Source: Acidobacteriota bacterium (GTDB taxonomy: Bacteria > Acidobacteriota > UBA6911 > RPQK01 > JAJDTT01). From it: DNA of 64,000 bases. Under the pieces are notes generated by a model. That model was not told the origin of the DNA and did no database searches. It worked only from the letters and a program-made list of their open reading frames with translations. The stretch spans positions 704,001 to 768,000 of the forward strand of contig OZ253580.1 in the NCBI GenBank assembly GCA_965263035.1. The letters run 5' to 3'. Numbering within the stretch: position 1 is the first letter of the stretch; each line of letters starts with the position of its first letter. A program made the position numbers and the translations under genes. Shown here in pieces: positions 10,202 to 24,134 of the stretch.

Positions 10202-10461
10202 GATCCGTAGGCCTGCTATGGAATACCGATCGTCTCTGCCGTCCCCAATGGAGGTCGCATGGCCCACCGCGTCACTTTGGTTCCAACGAAAATGCCTCTT
10301 TTCCGGTGAACAATACGGGCTGACGTCCACCTGAATCCGGGGTGAATTTCGGCTCTTCCGAGAGGGGCCTCGCGGAGCCTGCCCCAAAGGGTGGGTGTGA
10401 CTTGGAAAAGGCGGCTGGGAGCCGGCAACCGGGTGACGGCCCAAGAGCCGGCGGGCAAGGA

Positions 10462-11505
10462 CTACATCAGGTCCTGCATGACCTGTTCCAAGACCTCCGG
10501 ACCCGGCTTGACCTTCTCGTGGGGCAGCTCCACCAGAGGCTCGTCACACAGGTTCAGCGTATCCAGGAACGACTTGGCCAGCGGATTGACGTAGATGAGA
10601 CCGGTCAACAACTCCGACGCAGCGGCGGAACTGTGGAGCATTCGGACGGCTTCCCGGCGATTCATGGGGTCGTATTCCGTGTCCACCTTGCGCAGCCGGA
10701 TGACGGACCCATCATGCATCTCCACATCCAAGGCTTCGCCTTCCGGATAGTCCACCGCGGCGATGGGCTCGAAGCCAGGGATGAAGTCGATCTCGTGCAG
10801 CAACTCCTCGTGTTCCTTGGCCCACGAGTAACTCTTGGTCGACCCGGGATGGTTATTGAAGGTCACGCAGGGGCTGATCACGTCGAGCATGGCGGTTCCA
10901 CTGTGGCTGAGCGCCCCCTTCAACAGCGCCACCAGCTGCTTGGGGTCTCCGGCAAAGGAACGGGCCACGTAGGAGCATCCCATCTCGATCGCCAGCGAGC
11001 AGCAGTCTATGGCCGGCAACTCGTTGACCACACCGGTCTTGAGCTTCGAGCCGTCGTCGGCGGTCGCCGAAAACTGGCCCTTGGTGAGACCGTAGACGCC
11101 ATTGTTCTCGATGACGTAGATCATGGGCACATTGCGCCGCAGCAGATGGCAGAACTGTCCCAGTCCGATCGATGCCGTGTCCCCGTCTCCGCTCACCCCG
11201 ATGCAGACCAGACCACGATTCGCCAACATGGTCCCGGTGGCTACCGAAGGCATGCGTCCGTGGACGCTGTTGAAGCCATGCGACGCATTCATGAAATAGG
11301 CCGGCGTCTTGCTGGAGCAGCCGATACCGCTCATCTTGGCCACGGAGTATGGGTTGACGCCGATCTCGTAAAACGCCCGGATGATCTGATTGGTGATGGC
11401 GTCGTGGCCACACCCGGAACACAGCGTCGATGGGTGACCTCGATAGGCGGAACGAGACAGCCCGATTCGGTTTCTTTTCTTTGGCGCCCTTGTACGTACA
11501 GCCAT
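10462..11505 (-). CDS. 2-oxoacid:ferredoxin oxidoreductase beta subunit (TPP-binding)
   Basis: LCSGCGH, SGIGCSS, HGRMPSVATG, SGDGD...NNGVYGLTKGQ, SPCVTFN. Confidence 0.95.
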   Translation of the reverse strand: MAVRTRAPKKRNRIGLSRSAYRGHPSTLCSGCGHDAITNQIIRAFYEIGVNPYSVAKMSGIGCSSKTPAYFMNASHGFNSVHGRMPSVATGTMLANRGLVCIGVSGDGDTASIGLGQFCHLLRRNVPMIYVIENNGVYGLTKGQFSATADDGSKLKTGVVNELPAIDCCSLAIEMGCSYVARSFAGDPKQLVALLKGALSHSGTAMLDVISPCVTFNNHPGSTKSYSWAKEHEELLHEIDFIPGFEPIAAVDYPEGEALDVEMHDGSVIRLRKVDTEYDPMNRREAVRMLHSSAAASELLTGLIYVNPLAKSFLDTLNLCDEPLVELPHEKVKPGPEVLEQVMQDLM

Positions 11506-11514
11506 GGCGTGAAT

Positions 11515-13355
11515 TCAGTGTGGACGCTCCAAGGCCATCACCTGGTCGGTGACGAAGCGGGCATCCAGCGGAAGTCCGGTATAGTGACAGATTTTTCGAA
11601 TCTTGGTCCCCTCGTCGCCGAGCTCCAGCCGGATCAGATCGGCCATCTGGCCGTCGCGATTCTGCTCGACGACGTAAACCCGCCGGCACGCGGCGACGAA
11701 GTCCTTCAGTGCCGGACTCAACGGCAAAGCTCGAAGCCGGAGATAGTTGATCTCGATCCCGTACTCTTCCAGGAGTTGGTCCCGGCATTCACCCATGGCC
11801 GAGTCCGACGATCCGTAGGCGATGATCCCGATCACAGCCGAGTCTCGCAAATCGATCACGGGTTGGGGCACCAAGCCCCTCGCAGTTTCGTATTTTCGCT
11901 TCAGACGATCCATGAGCTGAACGTAGTCCTCGGGCCGCTCACTGTAACCCGCGCTGTCATTGTGTCCGCTGCCCCGGGTGAAATAGGAGGCCAGGGGATG
12001 CTCCGTACCCGGCAGCGTGCGATAGGGAATCCCGTCCCCGTCCAGGTCGCGGTAACGGGCGAACTCCCCAATCCGCTCCAAGTCGGCTGCCGTGAGGACC
12101 TTGCCCCGGTCCGGCAGCTCGGTGGGATATTTGAAAGGATCACACATCCAGTTGTTCATGCCCAGATCCAGATCCGAGCCGACGAAGACCGGCTGCTGCA
12201 GCCGCTCGGCCAAGTCGAAAGCCTGCCGGGACATCTCGAAACACTCCTCCATGTTCCCGGGCAGCAGGACCGGATGAGCCGTATCCCCGTGCGAAAGACT
12301 GTGCAGCGACAGTATATCGCCCTGGGCGGTGCGTGTCGGCAGGCCGGTGCTGGGCCCGACCCTCTGAACGTCGAAAATGACACACGGGATCTCGGCAAAA
12401 TAGGCCAGTCCCGTAAATTCGCCCATCAATGAAATACCGGGACCCGAGGTCGAGGTCATGGATCTGGCGCCGGACCATCCTGCCCCGATGGCCATACCCA
12501 GGGCCGCCAACTCATCCTCGGCCTGGACGACTGCAAATGTGGCCTTCCCCGTCTCGGGGTCGGTTCGATACCGCTGCAGATAATGGGTGAGAGCTTCCCC
12601 GAGACTGCTGGCCGGCGTGATGGGATACCACGTCACCACGGTCACTCCACCGAACATGGCGCCCAGGGCGCAGGCCGCGTTTCCGTCGATGATGATCTTG
12701 CCCTGGGTCTGGTCCATTCTTTCAACCGGTACGGATCGCGCTTCGGCAGGTGACCCTTGACGTACTGAGCCCCCATGTGGGCGATCCGGATGTTCAGATC
12801 GATGGCTTTCTGCTTTTTCTTGAACCACTTGGCAATCGCCACCTCCACCTCTTTCATCTCGATGCCCAGGAACTCGGCCACAGCACCCACGTAGGCCATG
12901 TTCGCCACCAACTTGCGCAGCCTGGGAACCCGAACCACCTCCGCCGCCAACTTGCTGAAAGGAATCGGATAGTAGATCAAGTCATCCCGAAGACCGGAGA
13001 GCTTGAGCCGCTCCTCATAGAGCACCACTCGACCCGGATCCAGGGTTTCCACATCCTCACGGGACGTCTGCGGGTTCATCGCAATCAGGATGTCCACTTC
13101 CCGCTTGCAGCCGACGTAGCCCCGCTTGGACGCGCGAATGGTGAACCAAGTGGGCAGCCCCGCGATGTTGGAGGGGAAGAGGTTCTTGCCGCTGGTCGGG
13201 ATGCCCATCTGGAAGATGGACCGCATCAGCACGTTGTTGGAGCTCTGGCTGCCGGAACCATTCACCGTAGCGACCTGGATGCTCAGATCGTTCACCACGC
13301 TGGTCTGGGCGCCTTCCTGCCGGGAGACGAAGGATCGGGTCTGTGCGATGGCCAA
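11515..13355 (-). pseudogene. 2-oxoacid:ferredoxin oxidoreductase alpha subunit split by a frameshift near 12726 (possible sequencing error)
   Basis: N-half (NGSGSQS, NLFPSNIAGLPTW) and C-half (WYPITP, QAEDE, TSGPG, RVGPSTGLPT) join as PYRVERMDQ if one G is added to a GG run. Confidence 0.85.
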
Positions 13356-13780
13356 TGTTATCTCCACCGTAGCTGGGGACAGCCTCTCCCCGCCAAACGC
13401 GCATTCATTTTAGCAAACTACCAGGACAAAGCATGGACGCGGATGGTCGGAAACACACGGCACCGAACGGGGAATTCGACTTCCTGGAAATCTTCCGGAC
13501 ACGAGTCTTGACGCACCTGGGGACTATGGAAGCTCATGGACGACGGATCCCGGACGAACACCGGGCGCGAACCGGGTAAATGTCGACGCAAACCTGAGGT
13601 CACGATTGGCTCAGCCTCGATTCCAACACTCAAGCCGAGCGTCCCGAATTTCGCCCCAGGAATCGCCCGGCAGTTTCAGGGCGCATATCATCCTCGAAAC
13701 CCCGACCCTTGTCAACGCGATGAATGCGATTCCATGCTCGGAAATCCTGATTCTGGTTTCGTGTAGACTTGCGGTCTGAG

Positions 13781-14527
13781 ATGCTCCAAGACCATCTCCA
13801 CTTCATACTGGTCCGGACCCAGTTCGCCTCCAATCTGGGAGCAGCCGCCCGCATCCTGAAGAACATGGGTTTCGGCAGCCTGGTCTTGATCCGGCCCCAG
13901 TGCGAGGTCGGGGCCGAGGCCCGCATGCTGGCCATGAAGGGCGCCGAACTGGTGGACAACGCCGTCTACTACCCCTCTCTCCGTGAAGCGAGGCGGCAGA
14001 TTCGGCTTCTGGTCGGGACCACGGCGAGATCACCGAAATCAGGCAACCGCCGTATCAGCAGCCGCACCCTGGCCGGCGAGCTGGTTCCCCGACACCAGTC
14101 CGGGCCTTTGGGCATCGTCTTCGGCCCTGAGGACAACGGCCTGTCGCGAGAGGAGATTCGGCTCTGTGAATGGTTGGTGGAAATCCCCACCGCAAGCGAC
14201 TACCCGGTCCTGAATCTGGCTCAGGCGGTGGCGCTCGTGGCCTACGACCTCCACCTGGCGTCCCGGGAGCCGGACGAGGTGCAATTTCTGCACCTTGCCG
14301 AAACCGCAGAGTTCCAGTCCCTGATCGCTCACCTGGAGGCGGTCCTCACATCTGCCGGTCTCCCCGCACATCTGTCCCGGCAGCGGATCCTGGCCCGCTT
14401 GAACCGAATCTTGGGACGTGCTCAGCTGGAAAAGGAGGACGTCAAGCTCCTGAGGAATCTGCTCGCCCTGGTTTCCCGTTCCCATTTGGAGAATCGACGG
14501 GCCGGAGCACAGGGGCGTCGCGAATGA
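13781..14527 (+). CDS. TrmJ/LasT family SPOUT tRNA methyltransferase
   Basis: NLGAAARILKNMG, VFGPEDNGLS, IPTASDYPVLNLAQAV. Confidence 0.9.
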   Translation: MLQDHLHFILVRTQFASNLGAAARILKNMGFGSLVLIRPQCEVGAEARMLAMKGAELVDNAVYYPSLREARRQIRLLVGTTARSPKSGNRRISSRTLAGELVPRHQSGPLGIVFGPEDNGLSREEIRLCEWLVEIPTASDYPVLNLAQAVALVAYDLHLASREPDEVQFLHLAETAEFQSLIAHLEAVLTSAGLPAHLSRQRILARLNRILGRAQLEKEDVKLLRNLLALVSRSHLENRRAGAQGRRE

Positions 14528-15803
14528 CATCCATGAAGGAAGAGACGGAGAAGACGGCGTTGCCAATGCCCGGTTTCCCGTAACCTGGAGGGACCGGGAG
14601 CCGGTAGCGTTCATGGGTATCCCTCCAGACTCTCAGCAGCCCCAGGTGATACTCCAGGGGGGCCCCTCCGGGATTGGACTTCCCCAGGACGCTCAAGGGT
14701 TCCGGACACCAGGTGGTAAAGCGGGGTGCCACGCCTCGGCTCATGAAGAAGTCGAGGCCCTCACCGGTGGACGCCAGCGCCTCCTCGACGCTGGTGAACC
14801 CGGCCGGCTGCGCCATCTCGATCCCCGCAACGAAATTAGGAATCACGTAGGACGGCCCGAACACCTGGGCCGCGTCCAGGATCCGCCGAATCCACTCATC
14901 CCGTCCGATGTACTCGGCCTTTCCCGGACAGATGATCTCGAAGAGCCTGGCGTCCCAGACCTCGTAGTTGGGATGGTAGATCCGGACGCCGGCGTCCTTG
15001 AAGCGGCGCACCGAATCGAGGGGCAGAGCCTGGACCACGACTTTGCCCAACCAGCGCCCGGGAAACCGCTCTTCGATGGCTTCCGGGTACCGGACGTAAA
15101 AGTCGATCTCTTCCTGACCATCCAACTGGGACGTGATACTCCCCCCGGTCACCGTATAGGCCTTGCTGATCGAATCGGTATCCTGAATGATCTCAAGAGC
15201 CTCCAGTATTTCCTCGACCGTCTTCATACCGGTATAAGAGCGGCCCGATTTCCGCTGCTGCCGATAGTTTTCGTTGATGTCGCAGAACTGGCACTCGATC
15301 TTGCGGCCGAAGTATTGGCAGATCCGGAACACGGTGAGGTAGAGGAGGTAACCCCATTCGATGCTGGGAGCGATGTCGGTAATGGGCTTGCCGCCGGCCA
15401 GCGTGGACTTGTAGTACTCAGGCACCGAGGGGAACTCCACGCCGCACACTTCCACTCCATCCAGGATCAAGACCAGCTTCCCATCAGGAGAGCAATCGAC
15501 ACGGTAGGGAGATCCCGGATTCAGCCGGACCGATACGATGGTTCGCCGGAACTTCCCGGCGCCGCCGGTCAGACAGATCTCCTCGGGCGCATGCAGGTTC
15601 TCCTGCTGCTCCATCTCGGTGATGGGCACCAGATCGAAGGAGAAGATGAAGTAGGCCTTGGGTTTGTACCCGGACGCAATGGCCAACGCGTCTCTGGAAA
15701 ATGCAATCCCGGTGCGCAGGAGGTCCTCTTTGATGACCACCTCGCGGGGCAGGTCCCGAAACTTCTCGGCCAGCGATTCGACCAGATCCAGACGTGGGCT
15801 CAC
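14442..15803 (-). CDS. Radical SAM protein with CX8CX2C motif, function unknown
   Basis: CQYFGRKIECQFC, TVTGG, NYEVWD...CPGK. Confidence 0.85.
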   Translation of the reverse strand: MSPRLDLVESLAEKFRDLPREVVIKEDLLRTGIAFSRDALAIASGYKPKAYFIFSFDLVPITEMEQQENLHAPEEICLTGGAGKFRRTIVSVRLNPGSPYRVDCSPDGKLVLILDGVEVCGVEFPSVPEYYKSTLAGGKPITDIAPSIEWGYLLYLTVFRICQYFGRKIECQFCDINENYRQQRKSGRSYTGMKTVEEILEALEIIQDTDSISKAYTVTGGSITSQLDGQEEIDFYVRYPEAIEERFPGRWLGKVVVQALPLDSVRRFKDAGVRIYHPNYEVWDARLFEIICPGKAEYIGRDEWIRRILDAAQVFGPSYVIPNFVAGIEMAQPAGFTSVEEALASTGEGLDFFMSRGVAPRFTTWCPEPLSVLGKSNPGGAPLEYHLGLLRVWRDTHERYRLPVPPGYGKPGIGNAVFSVSSFMDVIRDAPVLRPVDSPNGNGKPGRADSSGA

Positions 15804-15921
15804 GAGGCACTAATGTAACAGAAAGCGAAATGGGGAGTGAGGGGTGGGAGAAGACTCGTTGGGGTCAGTCGAGAGCGTTGGAGATTCGGGAGAGACGCGG
15901 GAGTATTGCGCGGGCCTTTCA

Positions 15922-19176
<3,255 letters not shown>

Positions 19177-19209
19177 GCCTGCTGTGCTCGAGGGCTTGGT
19201 CCTGGGAAC

Positions 19210-20298
19210 TCAACGTGACCGATGAGCTCGCATCAGATCGAGGAAATCGTCGAACAGGTACATGGAATCATGGGGTCCCGGAGAAGCCTCGGGATGGTAT
19301 TGCACGGAAAACACCGGCAGGGACCGGTGCCGCATGCCTTCCAGAGTTTGGTCGTTGAGGTTGAGATGGGTCAACTCGACGCTGCTGTCGTCCAAGGAAT
19401 CGGGCTCCACGGCGAACCCGTGATTATGAGACGTGATCTCGATTTTTCGAGTCACCAGATTTTGGACCGGCTGGTTGGCGCCTCGATGCCCGAACTTCAA
19501 TTTGTAGGTCCGCCCTCCGAAGGCCAGTCCCAACAGCTGGTGACCCAGACAGATTCCGAAGACGGGTCTCTTCCCCAGCAGCTTCTTGACGTTGGCGACA
19601 ATGTAGTCGAGAGGTTCCGGGTCACCGGGACCATTCGACAGAAAGACACCGTCCGGGTTCATCGCCAGAACATCCTCGGCAGCCGTAGTGGCCGGGACGA
19701 CGGTGACGTTGCACCCTCGGGAGGCGAGGCATCGAAGGATGTTGTACTTGATCCCGAAGTCGTAGGCCACCACCCTGAATTTGGAATCCTCCACCGGCCA
19801 GGAATAGGATTCCGAGGTCGTGACGAACTTCACGCAATCCAGTCCGGCCATCGTTGGATGAGCCAGGACTTTCCGTCGTATGGAATCGACAGAGGACGTG
19901 GAAATTCCGCCCCGCATGGCCCCCTGCTCCCGGATGCGGCGAACCAGAGCTCGAGTGTCGATCTCGGAGATACCGCCGATGCCATGCTGTTTCAGATAGG
20001 CGTCCAGCGTCTGCTCCCCCCGCCAGTTGCTGTAGATGGGACTGCATTCACGGAGGACGAAGCCCTCCACGTGGGGCTTGAAGGACTCTCCATCTTCAGA
20101 GTTGGTTCCGTAGTTTCCGATCTGGGGCTGGGTCATGACCACGATCTGACCGGCGTAGGAGGGATCCGTCAGAATCTCCTGGTACCCCGTCATGGAGGTG
20201 TTGAAGACCACCTCGCCCAAAGATTCCGTGTCTGCGCCGAAGGCAACGCCCTCGTACACGGTCCCATCTTCCAGGTATAGAATCGCCCGCTTGCCCAC
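19210..20298 (-). CDS. carA: Carbamoyl-phosphate synthase small subunit
   Basis: [33 protein letters not shown]. Confidence 0.98.
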   Translation of the reverse strand: MGKRAILYLEDGTVYEGVAFGADTESLGEVVFNTSMTGYQEILTDPSYAGQIVVMTQPQIGNYGTNSEDGESFKPHVEGFVLRECSPIYSNWRGEQTLDAYLKQHGIGGISEIDTRALVRRIREQGAMRGGISTSSVDSIRRKVLAHPTMAGLDCVKFVTTSESYSWPVEDSKFRVVAYDFGIKYNILRCLASRGCNVTVVPATTAAEDVLAMNPDGVFLSNGPGDPEPLDYIVANVKKLLGKRPVFGICLGHQLLGLAFGGRTYKLKFGHRGANQPVQNLVTRKIEITSHNHGFAVEPDSLDDSSVELTHLNLNDQTLEGMRHRSLPVFSVQYHPEASPGPHDSMYLFDDFLDLMRAHRSR

Positions 20299-20352
20299 GT
20301 TTGTTGGATCCTCGAATCAGGCAGGTCTGGTTGAGCCGGGTCCGTCTCCCGG

Positions 20353-20973
20353 CTATTCGATCATGCCCGCCTTGGAGACGGGCCAGTATCGGAACACGGC
20401 CTTCCCGAATATGTTCCGGCGCGGCACGCATCCCCAGTTTCGACTGTCGTTGCTGGAGTTTCGTCGATCTCCCAGAACGAAGTACTGGGCCTCCGGAACC
20501 TTGGTCGTGTGATAGTCGTGGTCCAGGTACTCTGGCCGCAAGTAGGGTTCCTCCAGGCGCCGTCCGTCGATGAATACGACGCCTCCCTTGATCTCCACGG
20601 TTTCACCGGGAATCCCAATGACCCGTTTGATGAAAGACTTGGCCGGATTCCTCGGGTACCAGAAGACCACGATATCGCCGCGTTCGATATTCGAGAAATG
20701 ATAGGAGAGCTTGCTGACAAAAATTCGCTCCTGATCAGCCAAGCGAGGGGCCATGCTGGTCCCCTCCACCTTGACCGGCTGCACCACGAATACGACGATG
20801 AGGACGGCGACGATGGCGGCGACAAGGATGTCTCGAGCCCAGCCGCGAAATTCATCGAAAACGCCGGCCAGAGACCGCTGGTTTTCGCTGGTTTTCGCCT
20901 CTGTCCGTTCCTTTCGGACCGCGGCTTCCGGCGGTTGCTCTTCAGGCATCTCCTCCTGGACCGCTCCCTCCAA
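20353..20973 (-). CDS. lepB: Signal peptidase I
   Basis: EGTSMAP (Ser), FIKRVIG (Lys), GDRRNSSNDSR. Confidence 0.95.
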   Translation of the reverse strand: MEGAVQEEMPEEQPPEAAVRKERTEAKTSENQRSLAGVFDEFRGWARDILVAAIVAVLIVVFVVQPVKVEGTSMAPRLADQERIFVSKLSYHFSNIERGDIVVFWYPRNPAKSFIKRVIGIPGETVEIKGGVVFIDGRRLEEPYLRPEYLDHDYHTTKVPEAQYFVLGDRRNSSNDSRNWGCVPRRNIFGKAVFRYWPVSKAGMIE

Positions 20974-21161
20974 CGAGGCTCATTGATACCACAGTTCCGA
21001 AAGCGAACTCAACCGGGGCAGCGAGCACCGGACCCGCTGTTTGCGCCGGTGGACGAGGCGGGGAAAATCGAGTATAGCACCTCGTTGACAATTACCCGCA
21101 GTCCGCGGCGGACACCCGTCGGATACCCATCGGCTGCGGTCCGGAAACAGGAGTATTCTGC

Positions 21162-21707
21162 ATGCTGGTGCCCACCAGACTGTTCTTGACGCGTGGTACC
21201 GGATGTCACCGGGAAAAACTGATCAGCTGGGAAATGGCGCTCCACGACGCCGGGATCTCCTCCTTCAATCTGGTTCGCGTCTCCAGCATCTTTCCTCCCA
21301 AATGCAAGTTGATCAGCAGGGAGCAGGGTTTGAAAGGTTTGGTCCCGGGTCAGGTGGTCTTTGCCGTGATCAGCGCCAATGCGACTCCCGAGCCGGGCCG
21401 CCTAGTTGCCGCATCCATCGGATTGGCGACGCCGAGGGACTCGAACAGGCACGGATACTTGAGCGAGCATCACAGCTTCGGGGAAACCGCGGCCACAGCG
21501 GGAAACCACGCCGAATCCGTGGCCGCACAGATGCTGTCGGCCAGCCTGGGACTACCCTCGGAGGAGGAGGCTGCCGGCGAAGACTCGAAGGGGTCGTGGG
21601 AACGCTGCGGCGAGTTCGCCGAAACCACCAGCATCGCCCAGTCCGCCTTCGGTGACCGGAACGGACGCTGGACGACCGTCGTGGCGGCCGCCGTCCTGCT
21701 GCCGTGA
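21162..21707 (+). CDS. Pyruvoyl-dependent arginine decarboxylase
   Basis: ALxDAGI, NLVRVSSIFPP self-cleavage site, GYLSEHHSFGE, WTTVVAAAV. Confidence 0.88.
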   Translation: MLVPTRLFLTRGTGCHREKLISWEMALHDAGISSFNLVRVSSIFPPKCKLISREQGLKGLVPGQVVFAVISANATPEPGRLVAASIGLATPRDSNRHGYLSEHHSFGETAATAGNHAESVAAQMLSASLGLPSEEEAAGEDSKGSWERCGEFAETTSIAQSAFGDRNGRWTTVVAAAVLLP

Positions 21708-21785
21708 TTCTGCTGGGATAACGACAACGGCTCCGGTGCTGCACCGGGCATGGGGTCACACCGGTTCAGGAAAACGTCGGCACTC

Positions 21786-21891
21786 GGAGTCTGCGCGGTA
21801 GAAATGATCGTAGCGAGAAAGTGGGGAATCGAGGAAATATGGACCGATTCTACCGCTTTCGCAGTAGATCAATTTCTGCGGCGCAGGCTCC
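21786..21891. repeat. Fold-back repeat family B, copy 1
   Basis: ggagtctgcgcggtagaaatgatc ... gatcaatttctgcggcgcaggctcc long imperfect hairpin; second copy at 47733-47817. Confidence 0.8.
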
Positions 21892-21896
21892 TAGGT

Positions 21897-22466
21897 TCAG
21901 ACTTCGAGGACCTCGCTCTCCTTCAGCCGCCCCAGATCGTCCGCTTGGGCGACGAAGTCGTCGGTGATCTTCTGGACCCGATCGTACCCGCGGTGCTCGT
22001 CATCCTCGGAAATGGCCTTGCTTCTGGAGAGTTTCTTCAACTGGTCATTGGAGCTCCGGCGGATATTTCTGACCGCGGTCCGGTGCTGCTCGGTCACTTT
22101 CCGGACATGTTTGGCCAGTTGCCGGCGCCGCTCCTCGGTCAGCGGAGGGATAGGCACCCGTATGAGCCTTCCGTCGCTGGAAGGATTCAGACCCAGGTCG
22201 GAGGCCAGAATGGCCCGGGTGATGCTCTCGATCTGAGTCGGGTCCCAGGGTTGGATGGTCACCATGGATGCTTCCGCCACATGCAAGGTGGCGAGCTGGT
22301 TGATGGGCGTCAGGGTACCGTAGTAGTCCACCTTGATCGGATCGAACAAGTGGAGGGAGGCTCGGCCCGTGCGGACCGTCGCCAGCTCGCGACTCAGGTC
22401 GTCCACGGCCTTCCGCATTCGGGTTCGGGTTTCAGTCAACACCTGCTGGACGGAATTCCCGTTCAT
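21897..22466 (-). CDS. frr: Ribosome recycling factor
   Basis: RTGRAS, VDYYG, DLGLNP, IPPLTEERR, AVRNIRR. Confidence 0.97.
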   Translation of the reverse strand: MNGNSVQQVLTETRTRMRKAVDDLSRELATVRTGRASLHLFDPIKVDYYGTLTPINQLATLHVAEASMVTIQPWDPTQIESITRAILASDLGLNPSSDGRLIRVPIPPLTEERRRQLAKHVRKVTEQHRTAVRNIRRSSNDQLKKLSRSKAISEDDEHRGYDRVQKITDDFVAQADDLGRLKESEVLEV

Positions 22467-22520
22467 GCTGTCCCCCCCTTGAGCCGCCGGGCGTCCCCGG
22501 CAAACCCGGCACGGATCGCT

Positions 22521-23279
22521 TCAGAGGCTGATGATGGAGCCCACCTTCTTGCCCAGGACCACATTCGTGATGTTCCCCTTCTCTCGGAGACTGAACACGA
22601 TGATGGGCAGATCGTGATCCATGCACAAGGATATGGCCGTTGCGTCCATGACCTTGAGACCCTTTTCCAGAACCTGAAGATAGGTCAACCGGTCGTAGCG
22701 TTTGGCATTCGGATTGACTTGCGGGTCCGAATCGTAAACTCCGTCGACTTTGGTCCCCTTCAAGATCACATCGGCCCGGATTTCCATCGCCCTCAGGGCC
22801 GCTGCCGTGTCGGTGGAGAAATAGGGACTGCCGGTGCCGGCAGCGAAGATGACGACGCGCTTCTTTTCCAGATGCCGGATGGCTCGCCGCCGAATGAAGG
22901 GCTCCGCAAGTTCCGAGACATGGATGGCACTCAGAACTCGAGTGTCGGTGTCATTCTTCTCCAGGGCGTTCTGCAAGGCCAGAGAGTTGATGATGGTGGC
23001 CAACATGCCCATGTAGTCGCCCGTGGCCCGGTCGAATCCGGCCTCGCTGACGTTCACCCCACGGATGATGTTGCCACCGCCGACAACGACGGCAGTCTCA
23101 ACACCCAATGCGTGAACCTCTTTGATCTGGAGGGCGATACCCTCCATCATGGCGGGATCGACGCCGAAGTTGCCGGTGCCCATGAGCATCTCGCCGCTGA
23201 GCTTGACGAGAAGCCGACGGTAAGCGGGGCGCTCCAGCTTGACCGGGTTTCCTAACGGCGCTTGGCTCTCCTGGGGCAA
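22521..23279 (-). CDS. pyrH: UMP kinase
   Basis: [33 protein letters not shown]; TTG start after AAGGAGG. Confidence 0.97.
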   Translation of the reverse strand: MPQESQAPLGNPVKLERPAYRRLLVKLSGEMLMGTGNFGVDPAMMEGIALQIKEVHALGVETAVVVGGGNIIRGVNVSEAGFDRATGDYMGMLATIINSLALQNALEKNDTDTRVLSAIHVSELAEPFIRRRAIRHLEKKRVVIFAAGTGSPYFSTDTAAALRAMEIRADVILKGTKVDGVYDSDPQVNPNAKRYDRLTYLQVLEKGLKVMDATAISLCMDHDLPIIVFSLREKGNITNVVLGKKVGSIISL

Positions 23280-23316
23280 AACCGCCTCCTTCGAATGCAA
23301 GGAACTCCCTGTGGTA

Positions 23317-23482
23317 TAGCAGCCCGCGGTAAACGTCGTCACGGCATTCGACCGTCCCTGCATCGTGCGCGGACTGCGTTGCTATCGGCTCACATACTCC
23401 CGGTCTGCTCCCTCCGTTGCGCCTGGTCCGGCGGGCGCAGGACCGGTCTCGGTGCTCGCGGGACTTTCAGCACGGACTGCTA
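23317..23482. mobile_element. MITE-like fold-back element, family A, copy 2
   Basis: Colinear with 379-544; termini tagcag.../...ctgcta; right end overlaps the tsf stop codon. Confidence 0.75.
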
Positions 23483-24079
23483 GAGTTCCTCTCCCACCTT
23501 GAAACGGCAAAAGCGACGGGCCGTAATGTTTTCCTTCAAGGTGGCAATCTTGGACTTGATGAGTTGCTCCACCGTGATCGAGGGATCCTTGACGAAGGGC
23601 TGCTCGTAGAGGCACACGGCGGAGAAGTACTTCTCCAAGCGGCCCTCGACGATTCTGTCGACTATCCGTTCAGGTTTTCCGGTTGCCAGCGCCTGGTTGC
23701 GGTAGATCTCTTTTTCGCGATCGATCTCTTCGGAACCCACCTCGTCCCGCCGCACGAAAAGGGGGTTGGAAGCGGCCACCTGCATGGCCAGATCCCGGAC
23801 GAGTTCCTGGAACTCATCGGTGCGTGCGACGAAATCCGTTTCGCAGTTCACTTCCACCAGAACACCCAGCTTGCCACCGGCATGGATGTACTGACCCACC
23901 GTCCCCTCACTGGTGGCGCGGCCGGACCTCTTGGCGGCAGCCGCCAGACCCCGTTCGCGCAGGATGACGATACCCCGATCCAGGTCCCCTCCGGCCTCGA
24001 CCAGCGCTCTCTTGCACTCCATCATTCCGGCGCCGGTCCGGTCCCGGAGCGCCTTGACCTGTGCTGCGGTTACACTCAT
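23480..24079 (-). CDS. tsf: Elongation factor Ts (short, about 199 aa form)
   Basis: VKALRDRTGAGMMECKRAL, EVNCETDFVA. Confidence 0.97.
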   Translation of the reverse strand: MSVTAAQVKALRDRTGAGMMECKRALVEAGGDLDRGIVILRERGLAAAAKRSGRATSEGTVGQYIHAGGKLGVLVEVNCETDFVARTDEFQELVRDLAMQVAASNPLFVRRDEVGSEEIDREKEIYRNQALATGKPERIVDRIVEGRLEKYFSAVCLYEQPFVKDPSITVEQLIKSKIATLKENITARRFCRFKVGEEL

Positions 24080-24134
24080 TTTCGATCGACCTTCCCGCTG
24101 AAAAGGCTTGACGCGCCGATTCCTGTCTGACGCC

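Noticed and set aside
10090-10460. Replication origin
   Set aside because: Too few DnaA boxes, no AT-rich unwinding element, no dnaA/dnaN/gidA context
10342-12432. 696-aa plus-strand ORF and other long antisense ORFs (8337-9614, 16810-18141, 21750-23255, 44112-45752, 52073-53665)
   Set aside because: Shadow frames opposite well-conserved genes, expected in high-GC DNA; no recognisable motifs
13356-13780. Riboswitch or sRNA in the long intergenic region
   Set aside because: No recognisable aptamer motif; only a weak TTGACA promoter-like site near 13710 on the minus strand
23480-24079. Short EF-Ts as a truncation
   Set aside because: The roughly 200-aa form is a known natural variant
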